Of a DNA stretch of 64,000 nt, positions 20,772 through 30,266 are shown in pieces. Each line of letters begins with the position of its first letter. Within the stretch, counting starts at the first letter, position 1. A program made the translations under genes and the position numbers. The DNA is from an uncultured Acidobacteriota bacterium (lineage in GTDB: Bacteria; Acidobacteriota; Thermoanaerobaculia; UBA5066): positions 288,001-352,000 of the forward strand of contig CAVZYA010000003.1 of assembly GCA_963779415.1 (NCBI GenBank). Direction: 5' to 3'. Under the pieces are notes generated by a model that was not told where the DNA came from, made no database searches, and saw nothing but the letters and a program-made list of their open reading frames with translations.

Positions 20772-21353
20772 GTGTCCTCGACGACGATCCGGACAGTCGC
20801 CGGCTTCCTGGGCGGCCGCGTCCAGGTCCGGGTCGGCGACCTGACACGGGAGGACGCTGACGCGATCGTGAACGCCGCGAATCCGTCGCTCCTCGGCGGG
20901 GGGGGCGTGGACGGAGCGATTCACCGCGCCGCCGGCCCGGCTCTTCTCGAGGCGTGCCGGGAGGTCCGGCGGACCCTCCATCCGGACGGACTCCCGACCG
21001 GCGGGGCGGTCGCGACGACGGGGGGAAGCCTGAAGGCGAGGTTCGTCATCCACGTCGTCGGCCCGGTCTGGGGACAGCACGCAGGAGGCGAGCGCGAGCT
21101 GCTCGCCTCCTGCTACGAAAAGGCGCTGGCGATCGCCGCGGAGAGGAATCTCGCCTCCGTGGCGTTCCCGGCCATCTCGACCGGGATCTACGGCTTCCCC
21201 CGCGAGGAGGCCGCGAAGGTGGCGTCCCGCGCCATCGCCGGGTCCCTCGCGCGGAGCGACTTCCCCCGCGAAGTCCGGCTCGTCTTCTTCTCCGAGGAGG
21301 ACGCCATGGTCTTCCTCGGGCACCATGTGTTCAGGACGGACGGCGGAGGATGA
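20772..21353 (+). CDS. ymdB: Macro domain O-acetyl-ADP-ribose deacetylase (YmdB-like)
   Basis: 'GDLT..DAIVNAAN.SLLGGGGVDGAIHRAAG', 'FPAISTGIYGFP'. Confidence 0.93.
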   Translation: MSSTTIRTVAGFLGGRVQVRVGDLTREDADAIVNAANPSLLGGGGVDGAIHRAAGPALLEACREVRRTLHPDGLPTGGAVATTGGSLKARFVIHVVGPVWGQHAGGERELLASCYEKALAIAAERNLASVAFPAISTGIYGFPREEAAKVASRAIAGSLARSDFPREVRLVFFSEEDAMVFLGHHVFRTDGGG

Positions 21354-21955
21354 CGTCGCGCAAACTCCTCCGCTGCGGCTGGGCGCGGACGGAGCTGTCG
21401 ATCGACTACCACGACGCCGAGTGGGGCGTGCCCGAGCACGACGACCGCGTCCTCTTCGAGTTCCTGACCCTCGAGGGGGCGCAGGCGGGACTCTCCTGGG
21501 AGACGATCCTGAGGAAGCGTCCGCGCTACCGCGAGGTCTACGACGGATTCGATCCGGCAACGGTCGCGCGCTACGGCGCGAGAAAGCAGGCGGCCGTTCT
21601 CTCCGACCCCGGCATCGTCCGGAACCGCCTGAAGGTCGCTGCGGCCGTCACGAACGCGAAGGCGTTTCTGAAGGTGCAGGAAGAGTTCGGCAGCTTCGAT
21701 GCGTTCCTCTGGAGCTTTGTCGGCGGGAAGCCGAAGGTGAACCGCTGGAAAGCGCTTCGGCAGATCCCCGCCAGGACCCCCGAGTCCGACGCGCTTTCCA
21801 GGGATCTTCGGAGGCGCGGTTTCACCTTCGTCGGGTCGACCATCGTCTACGCCTTCATGCAGGCGGTCGGACTCGTCAACGACCACGTATCGGAGTGCTT
21901 CCGCTGGCCGCTGGTCAGCCGGCTGGAGGCTCCTCCGACTGAAAGTGGCTCGTGA
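21350..21955 (+). CDS. tag: DNA-3-methyladenine glycosylase I
   Basis: 'RCGW..YHDAEWG', 'LEGAQAGLSW.TIL.KR', 'IVRNRLK', 'GLVNDH...C'. Confidence 0.96.
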   Translation: MTSRKLLRCGWARTELSIDYHDAEWGVPEHDDRVLFEFLTLEGAQAGLSWETILRKRPRYREVYDGFDPATVARYGARKQAAVLSDPGIVRNRLKVAAAVTNAKAFLKVQEEFGSFDAFLWSFVGGKPKVNRWKALRQIPARTPESDALSRDLRRRGFTFVGSTIVYAFMQAVGLVNDHVSECFRWPLVSRLEAPPTESGS

Positions 21956-22487
21956 TGTCGTCCATCCGCTCCTTGAGCGTCAGGCTCTTGTAAACCTCGA
22001 CCGTTCTGCTGACGAATCCGGCGATCTGGGCGGGCTGCATCGAGTCTCCCGCAAGTCGGCAGACCTTTCGGGCGAAGACCGACACGAGGGAGTTGCCCGT
22101 GAGAATCGGCTCCGTGAGAAACGCCTCGCATTCTGCGTATCCCAGCTCGGACTGACTCAGTCCCTCGAAGGCCTCTCTTACGATTTGCTGCCTGACGTCA
22201 TCCGGCCGACCATCGGAGAGCTCCTGGGCGAGCGGAAGGACGATCTTGGGCGCGAGCTCGCCCATGAGCCGCCTGTGGGTCTCCTCGTCCAGCGTCCCGT
22301 ACGCATTTCGATTCACGAGGTGCATGAAAAGAAAGATGTACTCCCAGACGATCCGGAGCCACTTCTCCTTTCGCTCCGCATCGGTCGGAAAGCTCATCCA
22401 CTCCTGCAGCGGCTCGGCGCACCTGAAAGTGGCTTCCTCGATTGCCGCCGCCAGAGCGGCGATGGGAGAGTCGTTCGTCTGGTCCAT
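21915..22487 (-). CDS. Hypothetical helical protein, divergent from dnaE2
   Basis: 190-aa ORF with normal globular composition and lower GC; TACGAT -10 six nt before the ATG. Confidence 0.65.
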   Translation of the reverse strand: MDQTNDSPIAALAAAIEEATFRCAEPLQEWMSFPTDAERKEKWLRIVWEYIFLFMHLVNRNAYGTLDEETHRRLMGELAPKIVLPLAQELSDGRPDDVRQQIVREAFEGLSQSELGYAECEAFLTEPILTGNSLVSVFARKVCRLAGDSMQPAQIAGFVSRTVEVYKSLTLKERMDDITSHFQSEEPPAG

Positions 22488-22508
22488 GGAGAGATCGTAG
22501 CCCGGCAC

Positions 22509-22537
22509 TTGACTTACGCTTAACTTACGACTAATGT
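22509..22537 (+). promoter_or_regulatory. Sigma70 promoter of dnaE2 with direct-repeat operator
   Basis: TTGACT-N17-TAATGT; ACTTACG at 22512 and 22523 (11-bp period). Confidence 0.75.
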
Positions 22538-22547
22538 TTCGCGCCCC

Positions 22548-25500
22548 ATGGGAGAGGGCCGAGAGCGCACGCCGGGTCCGCCATCGCGCGACTGGATCGG
22601 GCCGGAGAACACGCGGATCTACCTTTCCCCCGGCGCGCGAAAAGAGAGGCTCCAAAAGCGGAGCTTCGCGCCGGCAGTGGCCCGGGGGCCGCGGTACGCC
22701 GAGTTGCGGTGCGCGTCGGCCTTCTCGTTCCTGAACGGCTCGTCGCTCCCCGAGGACCTCGTCGAGCGGGGGGCGGCGCTCGGCCTCCCTGCCGTCGCCC
22801 TCGTCGACGCGGGCGGCGTCTCGGGCGCTCCGCGCTTCTGGAAGGCCGCGAAGGCGGCGGGGCTCAAGGCGCTGGTGGGGGCGGAGGTCACGCTCGACGA
22901 GGAATGGCTGCACAAACCGCAAGGGCCTGCAAAGAGGACCATTTCTTCGAAGGTAAGAGAAGAAGAGCAGAAGACGCCCGGCTCTCCTTCATTCGAAGCA
23001 CGGCGCGGCGAAGCCGCGCTCCCCCAGCGGCGCTTCGCGCCGCTGCAAGACTCTCGTCTTTCCGGCCCTCTGGGTCTGGTCCCTCCCCCACCACCGCCCG
23101 GCACGCCCCCCGCGAGGCTGACACTCCTCGCGGAGAGCCGGACGGGTTATCGGAACCTCTGCAAGCTCATCTCGGCAGGCGCGCTGGGGAAGCCGAAGGG
23201 AGAGGGCTTCGTCACGTGGGAGGAGGTGGCCGCGCACGCGGAGGGGCTGCACGTCCTGACCGGGGGCGAAGAGAGCCCGGTCCACCGTGCGCTCGCCTCG
23301 CGTGGCCCTTCCGGCGCGCGGCGGCTCCTCGCGAAGCTCGCCGGGCTCTTCCCGGGCCGCCTCCACGTCGAGCTTCAGCGCCACGGCCTCCGCGAGGAGG
23401 AGCACGCCAGCCGCGCGCTCGTCGACCTCGCGAGCGCCCTCCGGCTCCCCCTCCTCGCCACGAACGGCGTCCGCTACGCGAAGCCGGAGGGGAAGGAGCT
23501 TCACGACGCTCTCGCCTGCCTCCGCTTCCGCACGACACTCGACGGCGCGGGAGCCCGCCTTCACGCCCACCGCGAGCGGCACCTGAAGGACGCGGCGGAG
23601 ATGGCGCGCCTCTTCCCGGATCTCCCCGAGGCGCTCGGACACGCCGCCGATCTCGCGGAGCGGCTCGACTTCACGCTCGCCGACCTCGGCTACCGTTTTC
23701 CCGACTACCCGCTCCCGCCGGGCGAGAGCCCCGCCTCGTACCTCCGCCACGTGACGTGGGAAGGGGCGCGCGCCCGCTTCCGGCCGCTCACGGGGCGGGC
23801 GCAGGCGCAGATCGGAAAGGAGCTCGACCTCATCGAGAAGCTCGACCTCGCGGGCTACTTCCTGATCGTCTGGGACATCGTCCGGTTCTGCCAGCGGGAG
23901 AAGATCCTCGTCCAGGGGCGCGGCTCGGCCGCCAACAGCGCCGTCTGCTACGCCCTCTCCATCACCGCCGTCGACCCGGTGAAGATGGACCTTCTCTTCG
24001 AGCGCTTCCTTTCCGAGGAGCGGGGAGAGTGGCCCGACATCGACCTCGACCTCCCGTCGGGCGACCAGCGGGAGAAGGTGATCCAGTACGTCTACGGCCG
24101 GTACGGCCCGCACGGCGCCGGGATGACGGCGAACGTCATCACCTACCGCGACCGGTCGGCCGCGCGCGAGATGGCGAAGGTTCTGGGCTTTTCGGGTGAC
24201 CAGATCGACACGCTGGCGAAGGTCCTGGGCAGCTGGAGCTTCGGTGAGTATCGGGAGCCGAATCGTGACGTACTCAAGGAACTAGAGGGGGTCGGCTTCG
24301 ACCCTGACGACCCGCGCGTCGGTCACTTCGCGCGCCTCTTCGTCTCGGTCCAGAACCTGCCGCGCCATCTCGGCCAGCACTCGGGAGGGATCGTCATCGC
24401 GCAGGGGCGCCTCGACGAGGTCGTTCCGCTCGAGCCCGCGGCGATGGAGGGGCGCGTCGTCATCCAGTGGGACAAGGACGACTGCGCCGACCTCGGCATC
24501 GTGAAGGTGGACCTCCTCGGCCTCGGGATGCTCAGCGCGATCGAGCGGATGATCCCGATGATCCGGACGCACGAGGGGGTCGACGTCGACCTCGCGCACC
24601 TTCCGCCCGACGACCCGGCCGTCTACCGGATGCTGAACGAGGCCGACACGGTCGGCGTCTTCCAGGTGGAGAGTCGGGCGCAGATGGCCTCCCTTCCCCG
24701 GAACGCGCCGTTCTGCTTCTACGACCTCGTCATCCAGGTCGCCATCATCCGCCCCGGCCCGATCGTCGGCGGGATGGTCCACCCCTTCTTCGACCGGCGG
24801 CAGGGGCGCGCGCCGGTCGTCTACCCGCACCCCTCGCTCGAGCCGATTCTCAAGAGAACATTGGGCGTCCCGCTCTTTCAGGAGCAGCTCCTCCGGATCG
24901 CCATGGTGGCGGCAGGTTTCACGGGCGGCGAGGCCGAGGAGCTGCGCCGCGCCATGGGCTTCAAGCGGTCGGCCGAGCGGATGGCCTCGATCGAGAAGCG
25001 ACTTCGCGACGGGATGGCGGCACGCGGCATCACGGGGGAGGCGCAGGAGCAGATCGTGAAGTCGATCACCTCCTTCGCCCTCTACGGCTTCCCCGAGTCG
25101 CACGCGGCCAGCTTCGCCCTCATCGCCTACGCGAGCGCGTGGCTCCGGGCGCACCACCCGGCCGCCTTCCTCGTGGGACTCCTGAACGCCTGGCCGATGG
25201 GCTTCTACCACCCCGCCACGCTCGTGAAGGACGCCGAGCGCCACGGCGTCACGGTGCTGCCCATCGATGTCGGCCTCTCGGGCTGGGAATGTCGGTTGGA
25301 GAGAAGACCGGAGATTTCTTCGAAGGGGGACCGGGAGGGCCCACATCTCGCCGTGCGCCTCGGACTCCGATTCCTCAAAGGTCTCTCGGAGAAGGCGGGG
25401 AAGGCCATCGAAAGCGAGCAGGTGAAAGAAGCCTTCCACGACGTCGCCGACCTCGCGCGCCGGTGCGCGCTGCGGCCCGACGAAATGGACCGTCTCGCGT

Positions 25501-26048
25501 GGGCCGGGGCGCTTTCGTCGCTCGGCCTCTCGCGCCGCGAGGCGATGTGGCAGGTGGCGGAGGTCGGCCGGCTCACCGGGCCGCTCTACGAGTCGCTCCC
25601 CCCTTCTTCGTCGACTCCGACGCCGCTCCCGCCGATGTCGGCCCTCGCCGAGACCGAAGCCGACTACGACGCGACCGGGATGACGGCCGGTCCGCACCTT
25701 CTTTCGTACCTGCGCGACCGGCTCCGGAAAGACGGGGTTCTTTCCGCCGCCGAGCTCGCGGCGCGCCGGAACGGCGACCGCGTCCGGGCGGCGGGGGCCG
25801 TCATCGTGCGGCAGCGCCCCGGGACGGCGAAAGGATTCGTCTTCCTCTCGCTCGAGGACGAGAGCGGCATCGTCCAGGCGATCGTCCGCCCCGACCTCTT
25901 CAGGGAAAATCGTTCGCTCATCGTCGGCACCCCCGGCCTCGTCGTCGAGGGGAAGCTCCAGACGACCGACGGGACCCTTTCCGTCCGCGCCGACCGCTTC
26001 TGGCCGCTCCCCTCCCTCCCCGACCTCCCGAGCCACGACTTCCGATGA
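22548..26048 (+). CDS. dnaE2: Error-prone DNA polymerase DnaE2 (ImuC)
   Basis: PHP 'YAELRCASAFSFL', 'QGRGSAANS', 'PDIDLD', 'PRHLGQHSGG', 'QWDKDD', 'YGFPESH', 'RQRPGTAKG', C-terminal 'SHDFR'. Confidence 0.96.
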   Translation: MGEGRERTPGPPSRDWIGPENTRIYLSPGARKERLQKRSFAPAVARGPRYAELRCASAFSFLNGSSLPEDLVERGAALGLPAVALVDAGGVSGAPRFWKAAKAAGLKALVGAEVTLDEEWLHKPQGPAKRTISSKVREEEQKTPGSPSFEARRGEAALPQRRFAPLQDSRLSGPLGLVPPPPPPGTPPARLTLLAESRTGYRNLCKLISAGALGKPKGEGFVTWEEVAAHAEGLHVLTGGEESPVHRALASRGPSGARRLLAKLAGLFPGRLHVELQRHGLREEEHASRALVDLASALRLPLLATNGVRYAKPEGKELHDALACLRFRTTLDGAGARLHAHRERHLKDAAEMARLFPDLPEALGHAADLAERLDFTLADLGYRFPDYPLPPGESPASYLRHVTWEGARARFRPLTGRAQAQIGKELDLIEKLDLAGYFLIVWDIVRFCQREKILVQGRGSAANSAVCYALSITAVDPVKMDLLFERFLSEERGEWPDIDLDLPSGDQREKVIQYVYGRYGPHGAGMTANVITYRDRSAAREMAKVLGFSGDQIDTLAKVLGSWSFGEYREPNRDVLKELEGVGFDPDDPRVGHFARLFVSVQNLPRHLGQHSGGIVIAQGRLDEVVPLEPAAMEGRVVIQWDKDDCADLGIVKVDLLGLGMLSAIERMIPMIRTHEGVDVDLAHLPPDDPAVYRMLNEADTVGVFQVESRAQMASLPRNAPFCFYDLVIQVAIIRPGPIVGGMVHPFFDRRQGRAPVVYPHPSLEPILKRTLGVPLFQEQLLRIAMVAAGFTGGEAEELRRAMGFKRSAERMASIEKRLRDGMAARGITGEAQEQIVKSITSFALYGFPESHAASFALIAYASAWLRAHHPAAFLVGLLNAWPMGFYHPATLVKDAERHGVTVLPIDVGLSGWECRLERRPEISSKGDREGPHLAVRLGLRFLKGLSEKAGKAIESEQVKEAFHDVADLARRCALRPDEMDRLAWAGALSSLGLSRREAMWQVAEVGRLTGPLYESLPPSSSTPTPLPPMSALAETEADYDATGMTAGPHLLSYLRDRLRKDGVLSAAELAARRNGDRVRAAGAVIVRQRPGTAKGFVFLSLEDESGIVQAIVRPDLFRENRSLIVGTPGLVVEGKLQTTDGTLSVRADRFWPLPSLPDLPSHDFR
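22920..23080. repeat. Nested palindromic element inside dnaE2 (in frame)
   Basis: Hairpins GCGCGGC-GAA-GCCGCGC (23003-23019) and CAGCGGCGC-TTC-GCGCCGCTG (23025-23045), enclosed by AAGACG/CGTCTT and AGGGCC/GGCCCT. Confidence 0.6.
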
Positions 26049-26115
26049 GGGCTCCAGCCGGACTTGCCCCTTGCGCCCCGCCCGGTGACGTTACAGCCCA
26101 CGGAAGGAGCTGAAT

Positions 26116-26469
26116 TCAGCCCTCATCGAGGTCTTCCTTCAGGAGCGCTGCCAGAGCCGGCTCGACCTGCGGGAGGTCTTCGACAGCCGTCCTCCAGACG
26201 AGTCGGAGATCAACGCCGAAGTACTCGTGGGAAAGCACGTTTCTCATGTCCGCCATGTCCAGCCAGGGAATCGCAGGATGTCGGTCGCGCACATCGGAGG
26301 GCACGTGGCGTGCCGCCTCGCCGATCACTTCGAGGTTTCTGAGAATGGCGTCGACGGTCCGCCGATCGTGACGGAAGGAAGCCTCATCGAGTCCGGCGAC
26401 GTAGCCTCGAATCGTCCTGATACCTTCGAGGATGTCCTCGATACGCAGCCGCCACGACCTACGCGGCAC
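26116..26469 (-). CDS. HEPN/DUF86 ribonuclease toxin (HepT-like)
   Basis: 'DAILRNLEVIGEA', 'IPW', RX4HXY motif 'RNVLSHEY'. Confidence 0.92.
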   Translation of the reverse strand: MPRRSWRLRIEDILEGIRTIRGYVAGLDEASFRHDRRTVDAILRNLEVIGEAARHVPSDVRDRHPAIPWLDMADMRNVLSHEYFGVDLRLVWRTAVEDLPQVEPALAALLKEDLDEG

Positions 26470-26752
26470 GAACGGCGTCTCGGAGAACTGCTTCCCGCAT
26501 GGCCGGCCTTAGGGCCTCCGGTGTGACGAGGTCCACGCGTCGGCCCAGGGCGCCCTCAAGGCGGCGCCGGACCCGAACGAAGTCGAAGAGCCCCGCGGGT
26601 CGCCCGAACTCGACCAGAACGTCCACGTCGCTGTCGGGCCGATCCTCGCCCCGGGCGGCCGACCCGAAGAGAGCCAGTGACGACACGCCAAAGCGCTCCA
26701 GCTCCGGCCGGACCGATCTCAACGTTTCGAGGATCTTCGCACGCGCCGTCAT
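26459..26752 (-). CDS. Minimal nucleotidyltransferase antitoxin (MntA-like)
   Basis: GSX10DXD motif 'FGSAARGEDRPDSDVD', 'GRRVDLVT'. Confidence 0.92.
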   Translation of the reverse strand: MTARAKILETLRSVRPELERFGVSSLALFGSAARGEDRPDSDVDVLVEFGRPAGLFDFVRVRRRLEGALGRRVDLVTPEALRPAMREAVLRDAVRAA

Positions 26753-26895
26753 GGCCAACAGTATGCCACCCACCCGACCACGGCGGGGCGAGGGAGGAGC
26801 CTCTTGCTCTACCGTCTTCCGCTCCTACGGCGCGAAGAACTCCTGAAGGGTCGCAAGGAGCCGGTAACGGGTTCCCGGAGGCAGAATGTGGAAGG

Positions 26896-28901
26896 TCAAC
26901 GGGTCCCGCGTGCCGCTTCAGTGAGGAGCGCCGTCGCTTTGTCGAGGGCCTGTTCGAGCGCGACGGTCGTCGCCTCGATCCGCGCGGCGTCTCCGCTCCG
27001 AAGAGCGCGGGCGAGGCCGGGAAGCGCTTCGGCCGCGCAGCCGTTCGTCTCAGAAGGACCGACGAGGAGGCCCGCGTCGGCAAATGGCGCGCCGCTCCTC
27101 TCGAAGGAGGCTCGCGCCGCGAGGAGCGCCTTCTCGACAATCGCTCCACGAGAATCCGTCCCCTTCGATCGCCACGCCCCCGAGGCCTCGAGCGCCCCGG
27201 CCGCGATGCCGAGGCGCCGCGCCGCTTCCGACACCCGCTTCCTCTCCGGAGAGTCGCCGAAGGAACGATTCTCCTTCGCGAGTTCCGCGAGGCTTTCGTC
27301 GATCCACGAAGCCACTTCCGTGAACCGCAGAGGGAAAACCGGCGCCTCGGCGAGACGCGACACGTAGAGCGCGAGGATCTTCGAGAGGAGCGCCGTGTAC
27401 CGGAAGCCCGGGTCGACGAGCCGGCCGTAAAGGTCCATTCCGTCGTAGACCGAGTGATAGAGCGGGTAGGTCCTCCGTCCGAACCCGACCTCGGCGCACG
27501 AGACCCCGGCGAGCCCCTGGAAGGGCGACGTGTCACCGGAAAACCCGGGGAGCCCGATCCGGGCGCGGATCTCGAAGAGCGACTTCTCCGTCAGCGGATC
27601 CCGGACGAGGGGGAGGATCTCCTCGAGGGGACCGCGAAGACCGGGCGCCACGTCGGCCCCGAAGTCGAGGGCGCGGACGGCGGAATCGACGAAGACGAAG
27701 GCCCCCGCTCCGGCAAGAGAAGGGAGCCGTCGCGTGACCCATGCCGTGGAGCCCAGCATCCCGTACTCCTCGCCGTCGAAGAAGGCGAAGACGACGTCGC
27801 GCCGGAGCCGGAGGCCCCGACCCACGAGACGGGAGAGAGCATCGGCCGTCTCCAGGACCGCCGCCGCACCCGAGACCGGGTCCGTGGCGCCGTAGACCCA
27901 CGCGTCCACATGGGTGCCGACGAGGACGGGCGCGGCCTCGGGCCGGCTGCTCCGGAGCGTCGCCGTCACGTTCCGCAGAATCCGCCTCTCCCACTTCTGA
28001 CGCGAGACGAGGCGGACGGTCGCGGGTCCGGGACCGAGCCGGTAGGGAACGGGGAATGCTCCCCTCGCGTCCTCGGAAGCCTCCGGACCGCCGATCCGGC
28101 GAAGGAGCTCCTCCGCTACGGCGGCGGAGATCGGGAGCGCCGGGACTTTCGGAAGCGTCGAGACACCGTGCGAGAGCGCCGCCTCCGGATCGCCCGGATA
28201 GAGGAAGTAGCCGAGCATCGAGCCGCGCTGGACGGTCCAGGGGTTCGCGTGCGTCCCCTCGGGATAGGGCGGCCTGCGAAAGCCCTGGTCCTTCAGGTCG
28301 GGGTAGAGGAGGAGGCCGGCGACTCCTTCCTCGGCCGCGAGGAGAGCCTTCATGCCGCGGCAGATCCCTTGCGCACGGAGCAGGACGATCTTCCCCGCCG
28401 GCGAGATCCCCTCCTTCTTCAGGCTGGCGTAGTCCTCGCGCGTTCCGAAGTTCCCGAAGACGACCGGGGCCGTGACGTCCGCGTCCGGCGCGAAGGCGAA
28501 GAACGGAATCTCCGAATCCGCCGCGGCCGCGAACGCCGTCCCGGAGAGAGGCTTCTCCCGAAGGTCGAAAGACAGCATGTCGGGCGCGACGAGCGTCAGC
28601 GAGGACTCGAGGGGCTCCGGAAGGCTCACCGGCTGCTCTTCGACCTGGACGTCGAGGCCGAGTGTACGAAGCCGCTCCGCGACGGCGTCGAGCGCCCGTC
28701 CGTTCGCGGGCGTTCCCGCCCGATGAGGCTCGCGGGCCAGTTCGGTCATCGCGCGGCCGATGCGCCCGGGATCCACGAGGCCGTCGAGGCCCCGAAGGCG
28801 CCGGGCGAGGGGATCCGACGGGCGAAGGCCCCACCACGCCGCCCCGGCGACGGCGAGGAACGCCACGAGAGCGAGCGCCCGGCGCGAGCCTCCCCCCTCA
28901 C
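26896..28901 (-). CDS. M28 family peptidase with PA domain (glutamate carboxypeptidase II-like); start displaced by probable homopolymer indel
   Basis: 'PHRAGT', 'VQRGS', 'HVDAW..GA.DP.SG', 'FDGEEYGMLGS', 'YHSVYD'; GTG at 28901 comes into frame if the C-run at 28892-28897 has one more base. Confidence 0.85.
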
Positions 28902-30250
28902 GGCCGGGCCGCGCGGGGAGGACGCACCGGCCGACCGGGACCGAAGGCGATCCAGTCGGCGGCGCGGAGGAGCTCCCGCGCCTGCGCGAGAGCGCGCGTC
29001 CGCTCCGAGGCCTCTTCGCGGATGGCGTCGAAATCCCGGTCGAGAAGGGCCCGGGCGAGGCTGGCGTGAGGTGCCGCGAGGCACTCGTTCCCGGGCTCCG
29101 GTCCGACGAGCAGCGACCCGCGGCCGAAACGGTTCGCCGATCCGGCGGCCGAATGCGCAAAGACGTCCATCGCCCGCTCGAGAAGGCGATTCGCCGCCTG
29201 CGCCTTCTGACGCGAGAGGCGTCGGAGCCGCGGTGCCCTCGCGTCCCAACGGCGCGCCGCCTCCTCGAAGCCGTCCAGTGCGTCCTGGAGGCTCTTGAGC
29301 GAAGAGACCCAGTCGTTCGACGAAGTCGCGCGCGCCTCGAGGTTCCGAAGCGTCGCCCGGAAGTCTTCCGCGATCTCCATGAACCGATACGGGAGGACCC
29401 GGTCCGTCGCGAGCATCCCCGCGAAGAGAACGAGAACGCGGGCGAGAAGGGGTGGGGCGGCGGAGCCCATCTGCACGACGGGGACCGTCGTTCGGGCCAT
29501 GAACGGTCCGGCGTCCCCGCCGAACCTGGGGAGAGAGAACGCCACCTTCCCTCCGGCGACCGGCTTATCCGCCATCGAACCGGGAACCGCACCCAGCACC
29601 GCCCCGATGACATTGCGGAGACTGGGGGTGGTCCTCGGGAGGATCTTCTTTCCCTCCGTGGCGGGCCCGACATCGACGTAGGCCATCGGGAGAGGAGTGC
29701 GGTCCCGGAGCGCCTGCTCGACGAAGGCTTCCGACCCGGGGAAACCGGACGCTCCGTCGTCCCAGAAGGCGAACAGGACGCTCCGTTCGGGCTTCCACCC
29801 GCTCGACCCGATCGCCGCGAGAACCTCGGCCGTTTCGAGCAGGACGGCCGTCGCCGAAGCGGAGTCCGCCGAGTCCGGCCCGGAAGCGTCGTAGTGCGTC
29901 CCGACAAGGACCGGCCGGGCGTCGGAGCCGCGCCCCGGGAGGAGCGCGAAGAGATTCCGAAGCGGGCGACGAACGGTCTCCGCCTCGAACACCGCATCCC
30001 AGGTCTTCAGACCGATTCTCGAGAGGCGTTCTTCCACGAGCTTCGCGCCGGCGGCGCCCGCCGCGGTGCCGTCCGAAGGCGGGGGGGCAGAGAGCCTCCC
30101 CGTCTGGCGGTCGATCCGGGAGGCATCCACGAGACGCGTCACGCGCGCCCCCTCCCGCTCGACGAATCCCGCGCGAGCGCGAGCCGACCAGATCTCGGCC
30201 GCGAGAGCGGCAAGAACCGCCGCCGCGACGAGGGCGATACGGAGTCTCAT
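28898..30250 (-). CDS. M28 peptidase-like paralog lacking PA domain and catalytic residues
   Basis: 'PVLVGTHYD..D.AS.TAVLLETA' retained; 'FWDDGASGFPGS' replaces DGEE; no YHS motif. Confidence 0.75.
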   Translation of the reverse strand: MRLRIALVAAAVLAALAAEIWSARARAGFVEREGARVTRLVDASRIDRQTGRLSAPPPSDGTAAGAAGAKLVEERLSRIGLKTWDAVFEAETVRRPLRNLFALLPGRGSDARPVLVGTHYDASGPDSADSASATAVLLETAEVLAAIGSSGWKPERSVLFAFWDDGASGFPGSEAFVEQALRDRTPLPMAYVDVGPATEGKKILPRTTPSLRNVIGAVLGAVPGSMADKPVAGGKVAFSLPRFGGDAGPFMARTTVPVVQMGSAAPPLLARVLVLFAGMLATDRVLPYRFMEIAEDFRATLRNLEARATSSNDWVSSLKSLQDALDGFEEAARRWDARAPRLRRLSRQKAQAANRLLERAMDVFAHSAAGSANRFGRGSLLVGPEPGNECLAAPHASLARALLDRDFDAIREEASERTRALAQARELLRAADWIAFGPGRPVRPPRAARP

Positions 30251-30266
30251 ACGGTCCCCACTCGGA

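Noticed and set aside
26677-29298. Long plus-strand ORF (873 aa) and many similar Arg/Pro/Gly-rich shadow ORFs throughout the window
   Set aside because: These are antisense or alternate-frame artefacts of high GC content overlapping well-supported genes.
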